From Octopus vulgaris (Eukaryota): a DNA stretch of 64,000 nucleotides. Numbering within the stretch: the stretch's first letter is position 1; every line of letters begins with the position of its first letter. The notes under the pieces were generated by a model. It was not told the DNA's origin, made no database searches, and saw only the letters and a list, made by a program, of their open reading frames with translations. Location: NCBI GenBank assembly GCA_951406725.2, contig OX597817.1:98518001-98582000 (forward strand). Direction: 5' to 3'. Made by a program: the position numbers and the translations under genes. Of this stretch, positions 12,008-25,038 are shown piece by piece.

Positions 12008-15000
12008 ATCATCATCATCGTTTAATGGCCGTTTTCCATGCTAGTATGGCTTGGACGGTTCGACAGGGGTCTTGGAAGCCAGAAGGCAGCACTAGGCTCC
12101 AGTCTGATCTGGCAGTGTTTCTACAGCTGGATGCCCTTCCTAACGCCAACCACTTTATGAGTGTAGTGGGTGCTTTTTATGTGCCACTGGCACAGGGGCC
12201 GGAAGAGGCTGGCATGATCGGTTGGTGGTTTTTACGTGCCACTGGTATGGAAGCCAGTCAAAGCAGCGCTGGCATCGTCCACGTACAGATGGCGCTTTTT
12301 ACATGCCACTGGCACAGGTATCACAACTACAATTTCCATTTGATTTTTATTTTGATGTTGATGTACTTGACTCAATAGGTCTCCTCAAGCACAGCATGTT
12401 GCCCTACGTGCTAAGGTACTTTTGAATGGGCTGAGGCTGGTTATGTGAAAATGGTGTAGGATACAGCCATGAACTCACTTTATTTGCCGGGTCTTCACAG
12501 CAACAGCATATATCCAGAGGTCTTTCATCATTGCCTCTGTGAGGCCTAACATTTGAAGGTCATGCTTGACCACCTCATCCTATGTCTTCCTGGGTCCACC
12601 TCTACCCCTGATTCTTTCAACTGTTTGGGAGTGGCACTTCTTCACACACCTCTCCTCATCCATCTGTAGTACATGACCATACCAGCGCAAACGTTTCTCT
12701 TGCATGTGCATGCCACATCTGATGCTTCTTATGTCCAACATTTCTCTCAGGGCGATTACACTCTGTCATATGTACACACTGACATTACACATCAAGTGGA
12801 TCATGCTAGCTCCATTTCTTTTGAGCCTACGCATGTCCTCTGCAGTCATGGCCCTTGTTTCATTGCTGTGAAGCATGGCAATTCACACACATGCATCGTA
12901 CAATCTACCTTTCACTCTGAGCAAGAGGCCCTTTGTCATCAGTAGGGGTAGAAGCTTTCTAAACTTTTCCCAGGCTATTCTTATTCTAGTGGTAACACTC
13001 TCTGAGCATCCACTCTCACTACTAACTTGGTCACACGAAAGCTATCTTCTCAGTTAATCTTCCTTTGATGTTGCTGCACCTCTAATGTGTCCACAATGTG
13101 TCTTATGAAGTTTCTACCTACACCTTTTCTACAGATCGAGTAAGGCCACCTACCTGAGGGTGTGTGTGATGAGTTCGCCTTCCTACTTACTAGAACTTTG
13201 GTCTTTGCTACATTGACTCTAAGGCCTTTTGATTATAAACCTTGCTTCCACACCCGAAATTTCTTTTCTAGTTCTGGTAGTGATTCTGCTATGATGGCCA
13301 GTATAGAGGAGCTCCCAGGGGCAACCCGTCTTGAATTCCTGTTATGATGAATAAAAGGAGACTGAGGGCTGAACTTTGGTGGACCCCTACTTCTACCTGG
13401 AATTCTTCACTATACTCATTGCCAATCCTAACCTTACAAACGGCCTCTCTGTGTAGGGCCTGTACAGCCCTTATTAACCATTTATCAATCTCCAGTTTCT
13501 GCATCGCCCATCAGATCTAAGGACCCTGTCAAAGGCTCTCTCCACAAAAGCTAAGTAAAGGGGTTTATCTTTAGCTAGGTATTTCTCCTGCAGTTGTTGA
13601 ACCAGGAATATAGCATCAGTGATGCTTCCACCTGGCACAAAACCAAACTGCATCTCATCTAAGTAGCCTCTCTCCCTAATGAGATGGGCTATGATCCTCT
13701 CCATGACCTTCATCACTTGATCTAGCAGTTTGATAACCCTGTAGTTATTTCTACCTAGAGCATCACCTTTACCCTTGTAGCAGTTGACTATGGTGCTGCT
13801 ACGCCAGTCATTGGGTATGACTCCATCATCAACTACCTGGTTTACAATGCGGGTGACTAGGTTATAGCATACACTACCAGATGTTTTAAGCATCTAAGCA
13901 GTGATTCCTGATGGGCCAGGGGCTTTTCCTGTCTTTATACCCTTAATTGCTTTATCTAACAGAGTACTGTCTTTTCGGATAGCTAGTCCCTCTACTGGGT
14001 CAACATTTGGCAGGCTCTCCTCCTCCCACTCATTCTTCACATTCAGCAGTCTTTCATAAAGCTTCTCCAAGCCTCTTTCTTTTCTGAATTATTAAAAGCA
14101 AGTGCATCATATTCCATGCAGACATATTTCTATCCTATGACATCACAATTTTCTTTCACACACTGTAGACCCAGGAAAACCAGGGACGAGGTGGTGAAGC
14201 ACGACCTTCGAACATTAGGCCTCACCGAGGCAATGACCAGTGACCGAGACCTTTGGAAATATGTTGTGCGTGAGAAGACCCGGCAAGACAAGTGAGCCAT
14301 CCCGTGTCCCTTGCCAGGGATGTAGCCAGCCCACTTTTGCATGCCTTTCCTTCCTTGGACACGCGAAGACCTGTTGAGGCAAGTGAAGTCGAAATTGAAT
14401 TTGAAATCGAACCTCATCTGACGACTGGCACCCATGCCAACCTCCCTCCATTGGACACTAAACTCTGCTTGTGAAGACCTGTTGGTGCAAGTGAAATCAG
14501 AATCAAAATTGAACCAATCCTATGACTGGTACCCGGCAGTTGCCAGTGCCGCTGGCCTGACTCCCGTGCAGGTGGCAAGTAAAGAAACACCGTTTCAACC
14601 CTGTGCTTGAGGAGACCTATTGAGTCAAGTACACCAACATCAAAATCAATGGAAATTGTTGCTATGATCCCTGTGCCGGTGGCACGTAAAAAGCACCATC
14701 CGAACATGGCCAATGCCAGTGCTGCCTTGAATGGCTTCTGTGACGGTGGCACGTAAAAAGCACCTATCTGATCATGGCAGTTGCCAGCCTTGCCTGGCAC
14801 CTGTGCCGGTGGCACGTAAAAAGCACCCACTACACTCATGGAGTGGTTGGCGTTAGGAAGGGCAGCCAGCCATAGAAACACTGCCAGATCAGACTGGAGC
14901 CTGGTGCGGCCTTCTGGCTTCCCAGATCTCAGTTGAACCGTCCAACCCATGCTAGCATGGAGAACGGACGTTAAACGATGATGATGATGATGACTGTCTT

Positions 15001-15790
15001 GCTATCCGAAATACCTGTTCTTTGATCCTCACATCGCTGGACATTGGCAAACTTCTTTTCTGCTTCACCCTTGGCTATGTATACCTGTTGCCCAGCCTCC
15101 CTTTTGGCTACCTGGTACAGTTCCCTTCTACCCCCACCCTTCCAAGCTTGTTTCTTTGCTTTAATGGCTTTGTCTACCGTACTATTCCACCACGACGTAA
15201 CTCTAGGTCTGGAAGGGAATTTGCACCATCCGCAAACTTTATCAGTGGCACTCAGCAAGCTGTCCTGTAAGAGTTTCCAGCTACCTTCTATGTCTGATGT
15301 CTGTAGCTCCTCCTCCCTCTCATCAAATTTCTTGATGAAGATGTCCCTAAATCTCTCATCATGTGAAGTGTTCTTTAGCTTCCAAATCCCTCTTTTTTGG
15401 ATTGGTCTGCTTTGTGGTATCCTTCTGGCCTCGAGCCTAATGTCACTAACGACTAGCCTATGCTAGAGGGTACATTCTTCACTTGGGAGGGTCTTTGTAT
15501 TTAAGAGCAACTCTGCGTCCCACTGTCTGGTGAGGATGAAATCAATTTGGCAAGCAGAGTTCCCTGATTGATAGGTTATCAGGTGGCTGTCTGGGTTCTT
15601 GAAGTTAGTGTCGCAGATTAAAAGGTTACATGCATCACAGAACTCCAGTAGCCTAGTTCCCTCATCATTCCGGGCGCCAATATCATGGCCCCCATGTACC
15701 CCAGTGAAGATACCAGATTCCGGCCCAATATGCCCATTAAAATCTCCAGTCACAAAGATGAGGTCTTTGTCACTCGTCTTTGAAGTAGCC
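12008..15790 (-). mobile_element. RTE-clade LINE (APE + RT), decayed, with nested insertion
   Basis: APE fragment (15463-15819: GDFNGHIG, QIDFIL), RT fragments (13289-13893) and a 3' UTR with (ATC)n tail at ~12008-12019. Confidence 0.9.
14168..14992 (+). mobile_element. 5'-truncated RTE 3' end inserted in opposite orientation into another RTE
   Basis: RPRKTRDEVVKHDLRTLGLTEAM coding end, 3' UTR and (GAT)n tail. ACTGT occurs on both sides, and the host RTE sequence resumes in register. Confidence 0.88.
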
Positions 15791-15989
15791 TGTATCATAA
15801 AAATGGTCCTTCTGATCATTTGGTAGCCCCATATTTATTTGGCAAAATTGTTTTGGGACAGTCATTTTTTCTTGCCAAATAAACACATGCATTATATATT
15901 CATTCTTCACCCATTTATAAGATAAAATAAGAACAATAAACAAGTGAAGAACAAATATATAGTGTGTGTGTTTATTTGGCAAGAAAAAA

Positions 15990-18900
15990 AGACCATCCTG
16001 AAACGTGTTTGAATATAAGATTTCATATCAGGAATCTTACAAAACTCTTCTCTTAGCACTAAACCCAACAGCAGCATCACAAACTGCAACAGCAAAAATT
16101 CCAACATCAGACACAGCAACACCAATGCCCACCATACCAACAACATATTCCTCCAGTCACTTCTCGACTCCACTGAAAGATATTCCACTTCCCAATTCCA
16201 AGTGGTCAGACATGACATAAGGTAATTCTGATCGGGATGAGGAGTGGAAGACAAAGAATAAAAGGAGAAAACACAGGCAGGAAAACAAAACAACAAAGAA
16301 CAAAATTTATCCATACAAACAGTGAAGATGAAGATAAAAGACACAAGGCATGGACACTAGAAACAGACCATTACATCACCACTACTGCCACAAACACCTG
16401 AAACACTACCTCAACACTACAAACACAACCCATCCTACATACACAACAACAGCAACAGCAAATACAAAGTAAAGACAGTAACATTGCAAACTACATGGCA
16501 ATAAATGCAGATTTCCTGAATTACATAAAAACACACCAACATAACAAAAACAAATTTCATAACACCCACAATCTCTGTATTTACACTCATACAAATCAAG
16601 AGCAACACAAAACACATACACAAACCTAATAACCAAATTCCCACAGGAAATCAGGAACTGTTGAGGGAACACCACCATGTGAATACTTGGTGATCTGTTG
16701 GTGGAAACACCCCATTCTAATTGAAGGCTCAAAGTGCTCTCCACACAAAGCAAGTACGCTTTTCCTTTTCACTCTTAATCTTCTCCCAATAATGTGGCTG
16801 TGCTCAAACTAGGCAGCATGAATGCTCATGGGGTTTGGTCACCTTGGAAGTAGGGTCACCTACTCAACAACCCCAGGTTGCTAAATGTCGATATGGTGAT
16901 CATTAGTGAGACCAGAATTTCTGAGTCACAATACTTCAAACTCATTTTTGGAGAATATATGAGGTGTACGCATCTCCAAGTTGTCCAGAAGCAGGAGGTG
17001 GTGTCACTATTTTATTTTGGAAGAACCTGGATTTTGTGATACAGGCAATCTTCCTGGATTCAGAAAGTAAGTTGAAGGTGTTGGACATGACTGGTAGTGA
17101 AAAACATACTTTCAAGGTAGTTGATGTTTATACCACTATAGGGGCAGGATGACCACATTTCTTCAGGAATCTGGAAACTTTTCTGAAAATGTCCCGCTCT
17201 TTAGTGTTAGTTGTGGGAATGGGATGGTGAATGCATGGTGAAACTGTGAGGGCTTAGCAGACAGGAGGAGGGGTACAAAAGTCACGCGAACCTGTTCAGA
17301 TGCTTTTGACTGTCTGACATGTATTGACTGGATTTTCCTGATGTGCCAATGTAGACCTTGTCAAACCGTTTTGGTCATCCAGATGGTTCATATCTAGATA
17401 GGGTATTCTGTAGAGAAGCTGATAAGGATAGCATGGGTTGTCCACAATTTCAAGTAGTTGACTACACAGATAACGAATTTGTCATCTGTACTGTCAACTT
17501 AGATAGGCTCCTTAGACAGGGGTCTGATTATTAGGAGCTGAATGTGTCCTTGCCAGCAAGTAAAACTTTCAGAGACTGGATTAGTAAATTAGTTAAGCAG
17601 ATGTTGATGGTGTCAATCATCAATAATAAATGGTGGGTCACCTAGAAAAGGGTAATAAAAATAGAATCGATAAGATTTAGCAAAGGACAAGCAGTAGAAA
17701 GAAATAGAGTAGAAGCAAAGCTAATCAGGAAGTTAGATGAGGCATTTTAAAAAAGGCATCATGACCAACTTTAGCACTCAACTAATTGTTTAACATGAAA
17801 CACAAAGGCTGCATTATCAGGAAGGGATGGAAGTTATTTTATGGGCCTGAGTGGTAGAGGCATGGCATGGAAATAAATCTACAATCTCATCTTTACTGAA
17901 CCTCGACAGGCACATGTTAATCAATCCCAAACAGATGTGTGCAGCTTTTCAACAGCACTTCGTATAACTGTTTGGGAGTAGCAGTGAGCCAGATTTCAAG
18001 ATGGATTTTCTACCTCAATGGACAGCCACAGCTCCCGGCAACAGAGGCAGAGAATTGCAAAAGGCCAATAACAACTCCTGAAATATGGGAAGTGATAACT
18101 TGCTGCACAAGGGGTAAATTGCTTGGTTTGGATGGTCTGCCCTATGAACTTTATGCATACATGTCAGACTTGTTCAGTAACCCCTTGGCAAATGTTTACC
18201 ACAACTGGCAATGGGATGGGAGAATTCTCAGTTTTGTGGGCAGAGAGGAGGTGGTATTACTGAGAAAAGACCCGCACAAGTGGGGCTGTGTTGATAACTC
18301 TGCTAAATTCAGAATACAAAATTTTGGCCAAAGTGTTAACTACGAGGTTGGTGCTTGTCATGATCTGGTAGGAGGCACAGACATGGGCCATCCTGAAAAG
18401 ATCCATCCATGATAATCTCCACCTCATGTGATAGAGAAAGTGACTAAAGAACTTGGCTTGGGTGGGACTCTGATTAATTTAGATTAATCTAAAGCTGTTG
18501 AGAGGGTTGACCATCTATGTTGGCGGCAGCCCATTTTGGGCCTGCATTCAGGGGCAGGATTGCTGCAATGCAAAGTGACATCTGTTCAGTGGTCAGTCAA
18601 GGTTGGACCCGCTATTCCAGTTGAACTTACTGACTCTCAAGTCACTACAACACAAGCTAGAGACGTTGAGGGGCACTCTGCATGATCTAGGATGTGGAAG
18701 ATTTGTGTGTGCATATACTGACATCAGCATAATGGTGTCAAAAACTACCATATATGCCAGCATAAAACACGACTGGGTGTACAAGACAACCCCCAGGATT
18801 TCTATTTAAAAAGTGGGGTTTTAGCTATACTTGCTATATAAGACTACCCTACATTTTCACAGAAAAGAGCTTGAGCACAAAGTTCATAGCTAAAGCTGTC

Positions 18901-20075
18901 AGGTGAACTGTAGCTTCCCCAGCAGTCTCTGAAGCCTCTGCTTTTCTTGTGTTTCAATAGCATTTTAACTATGTTCAATCAGTAAACTTTGTATGCAACA
19001 ATTCTGCAGTTTTGCTGGTTTAAAATTTATTTAGTTCTTTTCAAAAAATGGCCAAATATTGTATATTACCTACTATAATATACATAAAAAGTACCTGGCT
19101 AGTGTAAACACTACCGTAGTGACATCACTTGGGCACTGGTTATTTTAGAGGAACTAACATGTCAAGTATACCATAATAACATCATTTACTTGAAATGGAT
19201 TTACAGATTCACTTATGGTATGTACAATATTGTATTGTAATATATTAGAAATGTTATTAAGTACACTTCTAGTGTTTTCTTTAATTTGTAAATTTTGTCT
19301 TACTTCACAGGACTGTGTTCAAATTGTTTGCACCAGTTTCTGTTGCCGTAAGTATGTATGTAGATATATGAATTGCAGGAGGCTGGATTGCTGCAATGTA
19401 CAGTGACATTTGCTTGGTAGTTTGGGTGAATAGTTACCTATCAGAACCATTCGATATCATGCGTTCAGTCTGTCAAGGGTGTCCCCCACTCTCATCTCTT
19501 CTGTATGTAATGGCTCTCTTCTCTAAGTATTCGATCTCTGTAGAAAATGGAGGTGTGGAGAGGCATCCCATGCAAACTAGGACATGGGAGAACTGTGTCA
19601 GAGTATGCAGATGACGTCACCTTTATACTGTTGAACAGCAAGCACATAGACCTGGTCAGCACTGCTTTAAGAGAATACGAGGTGGTGACAGGAACAAAAA
19701 TTAACCAAGAAAAGTCATTGGTCTGCAGCTTGGCACCTAGAGAGGCAGGTCCATGCCATTGTGGGATACTGGATGGAGGGACTGGTTAAACTGCTTAAGG
19801 TATGGTTTAGTCCAGATCTCCAGGTGGAGAAGAACTGGGATGAAATGACAAGCAGGGTATCCAATCTCTTCCTGAAATGAGTCAAGAGAAAGCTATCCCT
19901 GAAAGGTCAGGCAGAAGTACTAAATATAAACTTCATCTCACAGTCGTGCATTGCCCCAGTTCATGTCTGACTAAACTGGAACGCATACTTTTTCGCTTTC
20001 TGTGGAAGGGGCATATTCCACATATCAGGCACTCCGTTTGCTGTTTACACCTGCTGAGTGGAGTGCTGGGCATGA
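15990..20075 (+). mobile_element. Decayed Tx1/L1-clade LINE
   Basis: APE start at ~16795 (AVLKLGSMNAHG), GLDGLPYELY at ~18125, SVCQGCP..LLY at ~19465 and YADD at ~19604. Many stops, plus an intervening block at ~18600-19375. Confidence 0.7.
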
Positions 20076-20400
20076 GGTAGACACAAAGTATAGACTCTGC
20101 AATGGCAAACTTGAGAGCATTGATGACACTGTTGCCGGTTACTCACTCCTTGCCCCTATAATACTCTTTCCTGATCTTCTCTTTCATTGACCCATGCTAA
20201 ATCCCTTTCCTTTTGTTTACCCCCAAGATACTTACAAAAGTCTTCTTGATTCAGATCTTTGATAGATGTATCATTATCAAGTTGGGTCAAGGTATTAGCT
20301 GTCAGTTTACCATATTTGAATGTAGATTTTGCATAACACATCAAAAAAGTTTGATTGAGACTCCTTGGTACTCTGAGTTTCAAGCGTGTGGCTAGTCTTC
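20075..20400 (-). mobile_element. Fragment of R4/Dong-like RT
   Basis: AKSTFKYGKL...IKDLNQEDFCKYLG matches CAKVTMKRGKL...IKQLDQSQTYKYLG of the neighbouring element. Confidence 0.6.
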
Positions 20401-20614
20401 AGCTATTAGGGTCTGAATGAGAGTTTGATTGAAGAGAGTAAATGTTTATTACTGGATGTAATAAACATGTGCACACTTGTATGTGTGCACACATGAGCAT
20501 GTGTGCATATGTAATTTAATAGATATGAATATCAATTATAAAGTATAATTAAAATAAAATTATATTAAAATATGTAGAATAAAATATAAATTAATTAATA
20601 GATATAATTGGATA

Positions 20615-22824
20615 GAAAACTACAGACCAATAACCTGTCTCCCTACTATGTTCAAGGCATTTAACTGCAGTGATATCACAAAGGCTGAACAAGCACCTGG
20701 ACGAAAACAAACTGTTCCCAGAAGAGCAGAAAGGATGCCGCAAAGGCTCATATGGCTGTAAAGATCAACTAATGATTAATAAAGCCATAACTGAAGACAG
20801 CCACAGAAAGAAGAAAGGCCTCAGTATGGCCTGGATTGACTACAAAAAGGCGTTTGATAGCATCCCCCACACATGGATCCTTGAAACACTAGCCATTAAC
20901 AAAGTAGCACCAACAATCATAAAATTCATAGAGCACTCTATGAATAAATGGCAAACAGCCCTACACCTCCAAACAAAAGAGGGACTCATGAAAACCAAAG
21001 ACATCCCCATTAGAAGAGGAATATTCCAGGGAGACACGCTCTCTCCACTCCTTTTCTGCTTGGCACTGTCACCTCTATCTGATATGCTAAATAGAACTGG
21101 ATGCGGATATAAATGTTACGGCAAAACGATCAGCCACCTTTTATATATGGATGACCTAAAACTATACGCTGCAAATGACAAACAGCTGGAAACACTATTA
21201 AAGACAGTTCATGGATTTACCAAAGAAATAGATATGAAATTTGGATTAGAAAAATGCGCCAAAGTAACCATGAAAAGAGGAAAACTAGTTAAGAGTAACA
21301 ACATCACACTAGATAAAACCAATGAAATAAAACAATTAGACCAAAGCCAAACTTACAAATACTTAGGAATCCATGAACTAGATAAGACACAACACACACA
21401 AATGAAAGAGAAAATAAAAAAAGAATATTATAGACGAGTTAGATCAATACTAAACACAGAGCTCAATGCTAAAAACAAGATAATAGGTATCAACACTTTA
21501 GCTGTCCCAGTTATAAGTTACAGCTACAATATCCTTAACTGGACACGAAATGAACTGACCAAAATAGATAGGAAAACAAGAAAAATAATGACAGGATCTA
21601 GGATGCATCACCCAAAATCTGACATAGAAAGACTATATATACAACGTATAGAAGGTGGTAGAGGCCTTATACAGCTGGAAAACTACTATAAAATAACCAC
21701 CATAGGACTGCAAAAATATCTACTTCAGAAGGAAGGAAAACTGATCCAGATAGCGGCAAAACACGAGCAAAACAAAAAACTGTTCTCAGTATTTAAGGAA
21801 GCTGACAAATACAAACAAGAAATCATACCACCTAATAAACATGAAGAAGAAGAAGAAGAAGATGAAGAAACAACAAAAGCTATAAAACAAATGAAATCCA
21901 AACTAAAAATAGAACAGCAACGAACCATGATAAAACGATGGCAAGAAAAGCCCCTTCATGGTAAATACTGGACTAAACTAAACGCAAAAGAAATAGACAA
22001 AGAAAAATCCCAGCAATGGTTGAGAAGCTCAGGACTCAAAGCAGAAACAGAGGGATTTTTAATTGCAGCACAAGACCAAAGCCTCCCCACCAGAAATTAC
22101 CAAAAACATGTAATGAAAAGAAATATTACAAGTAACTGCAGAATATGTGGAGATGGACAAGAAACAATAAATCATATTATCTCTAGCTGCCCAGTCCTGG
22201 CTAAGAAGGAATATATTCACAGACATGACAGAGTTGGAACCTACATACATTGGAAGCTATGCCAACATTATGGAATAACAACAGAAAAAAGATGGTATAA
22301 GCACACACCAGAAAAGGTCACAGAAAACGAGAAAGCAACCATACTCTGGGATATGCCGATACACACAGATAGAGAAATTAAGGCCAACAGACCAGATATA
22401 GTTGTCAGAGATCAAGAAGAAAAAAAATGCTTCCTAATTGATGTATCAATACCGGCTGATGACAATGTTTCTCTAAAAGAAATGGAGAAACTCTCAAAAT
22501 ACAAAGACCTGGAAATAGAGGTAACTAGAATGTGGAATCTGAAAACAGAAACAATTCCTATCATAGTAGGTGCATTAGGCATGATAAAAAAATATTCAGA
22601 CAAATACATAACAAAAACACCAGGACTTACAAACACATATAACATACAGAAAATTGCACTACTAGGCACTGCACACATCCTACGCAGAACACTTTCCATA
22701 CAATAACCATCAGAGCATCACAACAAATCACAGCACATACCCAAGGCACACAGAGCTGCGCTCGGTAGTGAAGTGAAAGCACGCTATAAAAATAAAACTA
22801 CTGAATAATAATAATAATAATAAT
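20615..22824 (+). mobile_element. R4/Dong-clade RLE non-LTR retrotransposon, 5'-truncated, (TAA)n tail
   Basis: Begins at ENYRPITCL and ends in a short 3' UTR followed by aataataataat. Confidence 0.9.
20670..22706 (+). CDS. RT + CCHC knuckle + restriction-like endonuclease of the R4/Dong element (partial ORF)
   Basis: 678 aa open: EQKG, WIDYKKAFDS, GIFQGDTLSP, YMDD, CRICG..ETINHIISSC, RHD, NRPDIVV..LIDV..KLSKYKDL. Confidence 0.92.
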   Translation: MISQRLNKHLDENKLFPEEQKGCRKGSYGCKDQLMINKAITEDSHRKKKGLSMAWIDYKKAFDSIPHTWILETLAINKVAPTIIKFIEHSMNKWQTALHLQTKEGLMKTKDIPIRRGIFQGDTLSPLLFCLALSPLSDMLNRTGCGYKCYGKTISHLLYMDDLKLYAANDKQLETLLKTVHGFTKEIDMKFGLEKCAKVTMKRGKLVKSNNITLDKTNEIKQLDQSQTYKYLGIHELDKTQHTQMKEKIKKEYYRRVRSILNTELNAKNKIIGINTLAVPVISYSYNILNWTRNELTKIDRKTRKIMTGSRMHHPKSDIERLYIQRIEGGRGLIQLENYYKITTIGLQKYLLQKEGKLIQIAAKHEQNKKLFSVFKEADKYKQEIIPPNKHEEEEEEDEETTKAIKQMKSKLKIEQQRTMIKRWQEKPLHGKYWTKLNAKEIDKEKSQQWLRSSGLKAETEGFLIAAQDQSLPTRNYQKHVMKRNITSNCRICGDGQETINHIISSCPVLAKKEYIHRHDRVGTYIHWKLCQHYGITTEKRWYKHTPEKVTENEKATILWDMPIHTDREIKANRPDIVVRDQEEKKCFLIDVSIPADDNVSLKEMEKLSKYKDLEIEVTRMWNLKTETIPIIVGALGMIKKYSDKYITKTPGLTNTYNIQKIALLGTAHILRRTLSIQ

Positions 22825-23110
22825 ATATTTTTTTCTTACAAACTTTTGTCTAATGATAAAAATATTTGCAACACATATTTTGATGATATAGAACACAAAT
22901 ACCATACCTGCAGTAAGTTAGTAATTTCCCGCACTATCATGTGATCAAACATATTAATGTACATATGCACACAAAACATAAAAACAAAAGCAGATACACA
23001 AGCAACAGTTTTTTAAACAAATATTAACATGCAAATAAATTTAACACATACACAAAAAATAAAAACAAAAGATATATGCATATATAACGTTTTTTTTTTA
23101 AATATCAACA

Positions 23111-23505
23111 TGCAGGAGTGGCTGTGTGGTAAATAGCTTGTTTACCAACCACATGGTTCCGGGTTCAGTCCCACTGCATGGCACCTTGGGCAAGTGTCTT
23201 CTATTATAGCCTCGGGCCAACCAAAGCCTTGTGAGTGGATTTGGTAGACGGAAACTGAAAGAAGCCCGTCGTATATATGTGTATGTATATATGTGTGTGT
23301 GTGTTCGTGTGTCTGTGTTGTCCCCCTAGCATTGCTTGACAACCGATGCTGGTGTGTTTATGTCCCCGTTACTTAGCGGTTTGGCAAAAGAGACCGATAG
23401 AATAAGTACTGGGCTTACAAAAGAATAAGTCCTGGGGTCGAATTGCTCGATTAAAGGCGGTGCTCCAGCATGGCTGCAGTCAAATGACTGAAACAAGTAA
23501 ATGAG
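23111..23505 (+). mobile_element. Full-length tRNA/CORE-like SINE
   Basis: A/B boxes, CORE-like segment, internal (TA/TG)n and a tail ending aatgactgaaacaagtaaa. Confidence 0.88.
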
Positions 23506-23515
23506 TATGCAAATG

Positions 23516-23549
<34 letters not shown>

Positions 23550-23994
23550 CATCAATATAGACATGTTGAGTCTGTTGATGATCACCTGATTGATTATGTG
23601 ATTCCTTTGCGTGTCTAATTCTCACCCTGAGGAAGTATTTAACTCACTATTTTCAAGATGCAATTTTTAATTTATTAATTTGTAATTAGATAACAGAGAA
23701 TTTTGACAATATGTTAATAAATTGAAGTTTATTAAGTTAAAACTCACCATTTTCTCCTTATAATATATCATATTGAAATATACCCATATATATCAAAGTG
23801 TAATAATCATTGAACTCTGTAATATACTTAATCAGTGCCTATTATTAAACAATAAACACCAATACTATTAAGTATTACTGGACTCTTGAACATTTCCTTG
23901 AGATATAAGATTAAGCCAGTGAAGCTTGTATGTTAACATCCCCTTTTAAGAGGTATCTGTATCCTCAAAATAACGATATATATATATATAACAA

Positions 23995-24178
23995 TGTATC
24001 TTTGTGTCTGTCCCTCCCACCACCAACACTTGACAACTGGTGTTGCTGTATTTGCATTCCTGTAACTTAGCAGTTTGGCAAATTAGACCAATAGAATAAG
24101 ACCAATTAGACCAATAGAATAAGACCAGGCTTAAAAAAATAACATAGCCACAGTCTGAAACAAGTAAAAGATAAAAGA
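23995..24178 (+). mobile_element. Degenerate SINE 3' half
   Basis: cttgacaactggtgttg..gaccaatagaataag..ctgaaacaagtaaaaga. Confidence 0.6.
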
Positions 24179-24228
24179 TATTATTAAAAAGCATACATCC
24201 AACTCTGTAGATACTAAATATATGGTTG

Positions 24229-24286
<58 letters not shown>

Positions 24287-24288
<2 letters not shown>

Positions 24289-24841
24289 GCCCTGATGCAG
24301 TACCAGGCAGTGGCTCTCGTGGCTTCTGATCTTAACTGATTGGAAGTGTTATCATGTACATTATTTCGTCTTGGTATAAAAGGTGGGCTACAGCAAATAT
24401 TCTGCTCAATACCACAGATTTACTTGTCAGTTGCATTACCTTAATCAGTTGAGCACGTCCCTTAGTGGCTGACAATATGTGCATCTCTGATCATGAGCAG
24501 AAGTAGTGGGGGAGCATCATAGCTTTGTGTTGAGAGGGATTCTTTGGGGTTTGAATAATTCACCTCTGGAAACATGGGTGTTTCATTCAACATCCTTAAA
24601 CAACCCTTATTCAGAGACCTTTTGAGCGGATGGGTTACTTGACCAGAAGAAAATTCTAACTGGGCCCCACCTGCAAGGTCATGTGCTGTTTATCTTGATA
24701 TGAGATCACCATGTCGCGCACATATGGTTGTGATGCATGTGCCTAGTGTACCCTTATCAGACGGGTAGTCATGATGGGTATACTGGGCTTTGTATATTTT
24801 ACCCCAGTGTCACTTTGATGGCATGCATTACTCTCTCACTC
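24287..24841 (+). mobile_element. Non-coding ~550-bp insertion embedded in (TAA)n; probable non-autonomous retroelement
   Basis: More GC-rich block with no meaningful ORF, bounded on both sides by long (TAA)n tracts. Confidence 0.6.
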
Positions 24842-24873
<32 letters not shown>

Positions 24874-24876
<3 letters not shown>

Positions 24877-25038
24877 TTTGCCTCCTTGGCACAACCAGAA
24901 TAATCAGGAAAGTATTAGATAGCTGAAAAGAATGGATAGCATGGTACTGTAGGCTGCAGGTAGCAAGCTCGCTGTACATGCAAGATTCCAGGAGTTCCAA
25001 CAAAACCTGTGATAAAAAGAAATAATAATAATAATAAT
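24874..25038 (+). mobile_element. Extreme 3' end of a second R4/Dong family
   Basis: Encodes ICLLGTTRIIRKVLDS*, homologous to IALLGTAHILRRTLSIQ* at 22706. It has a different 3' UTR and a (TAA)n tail. Confidence 0.8.
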
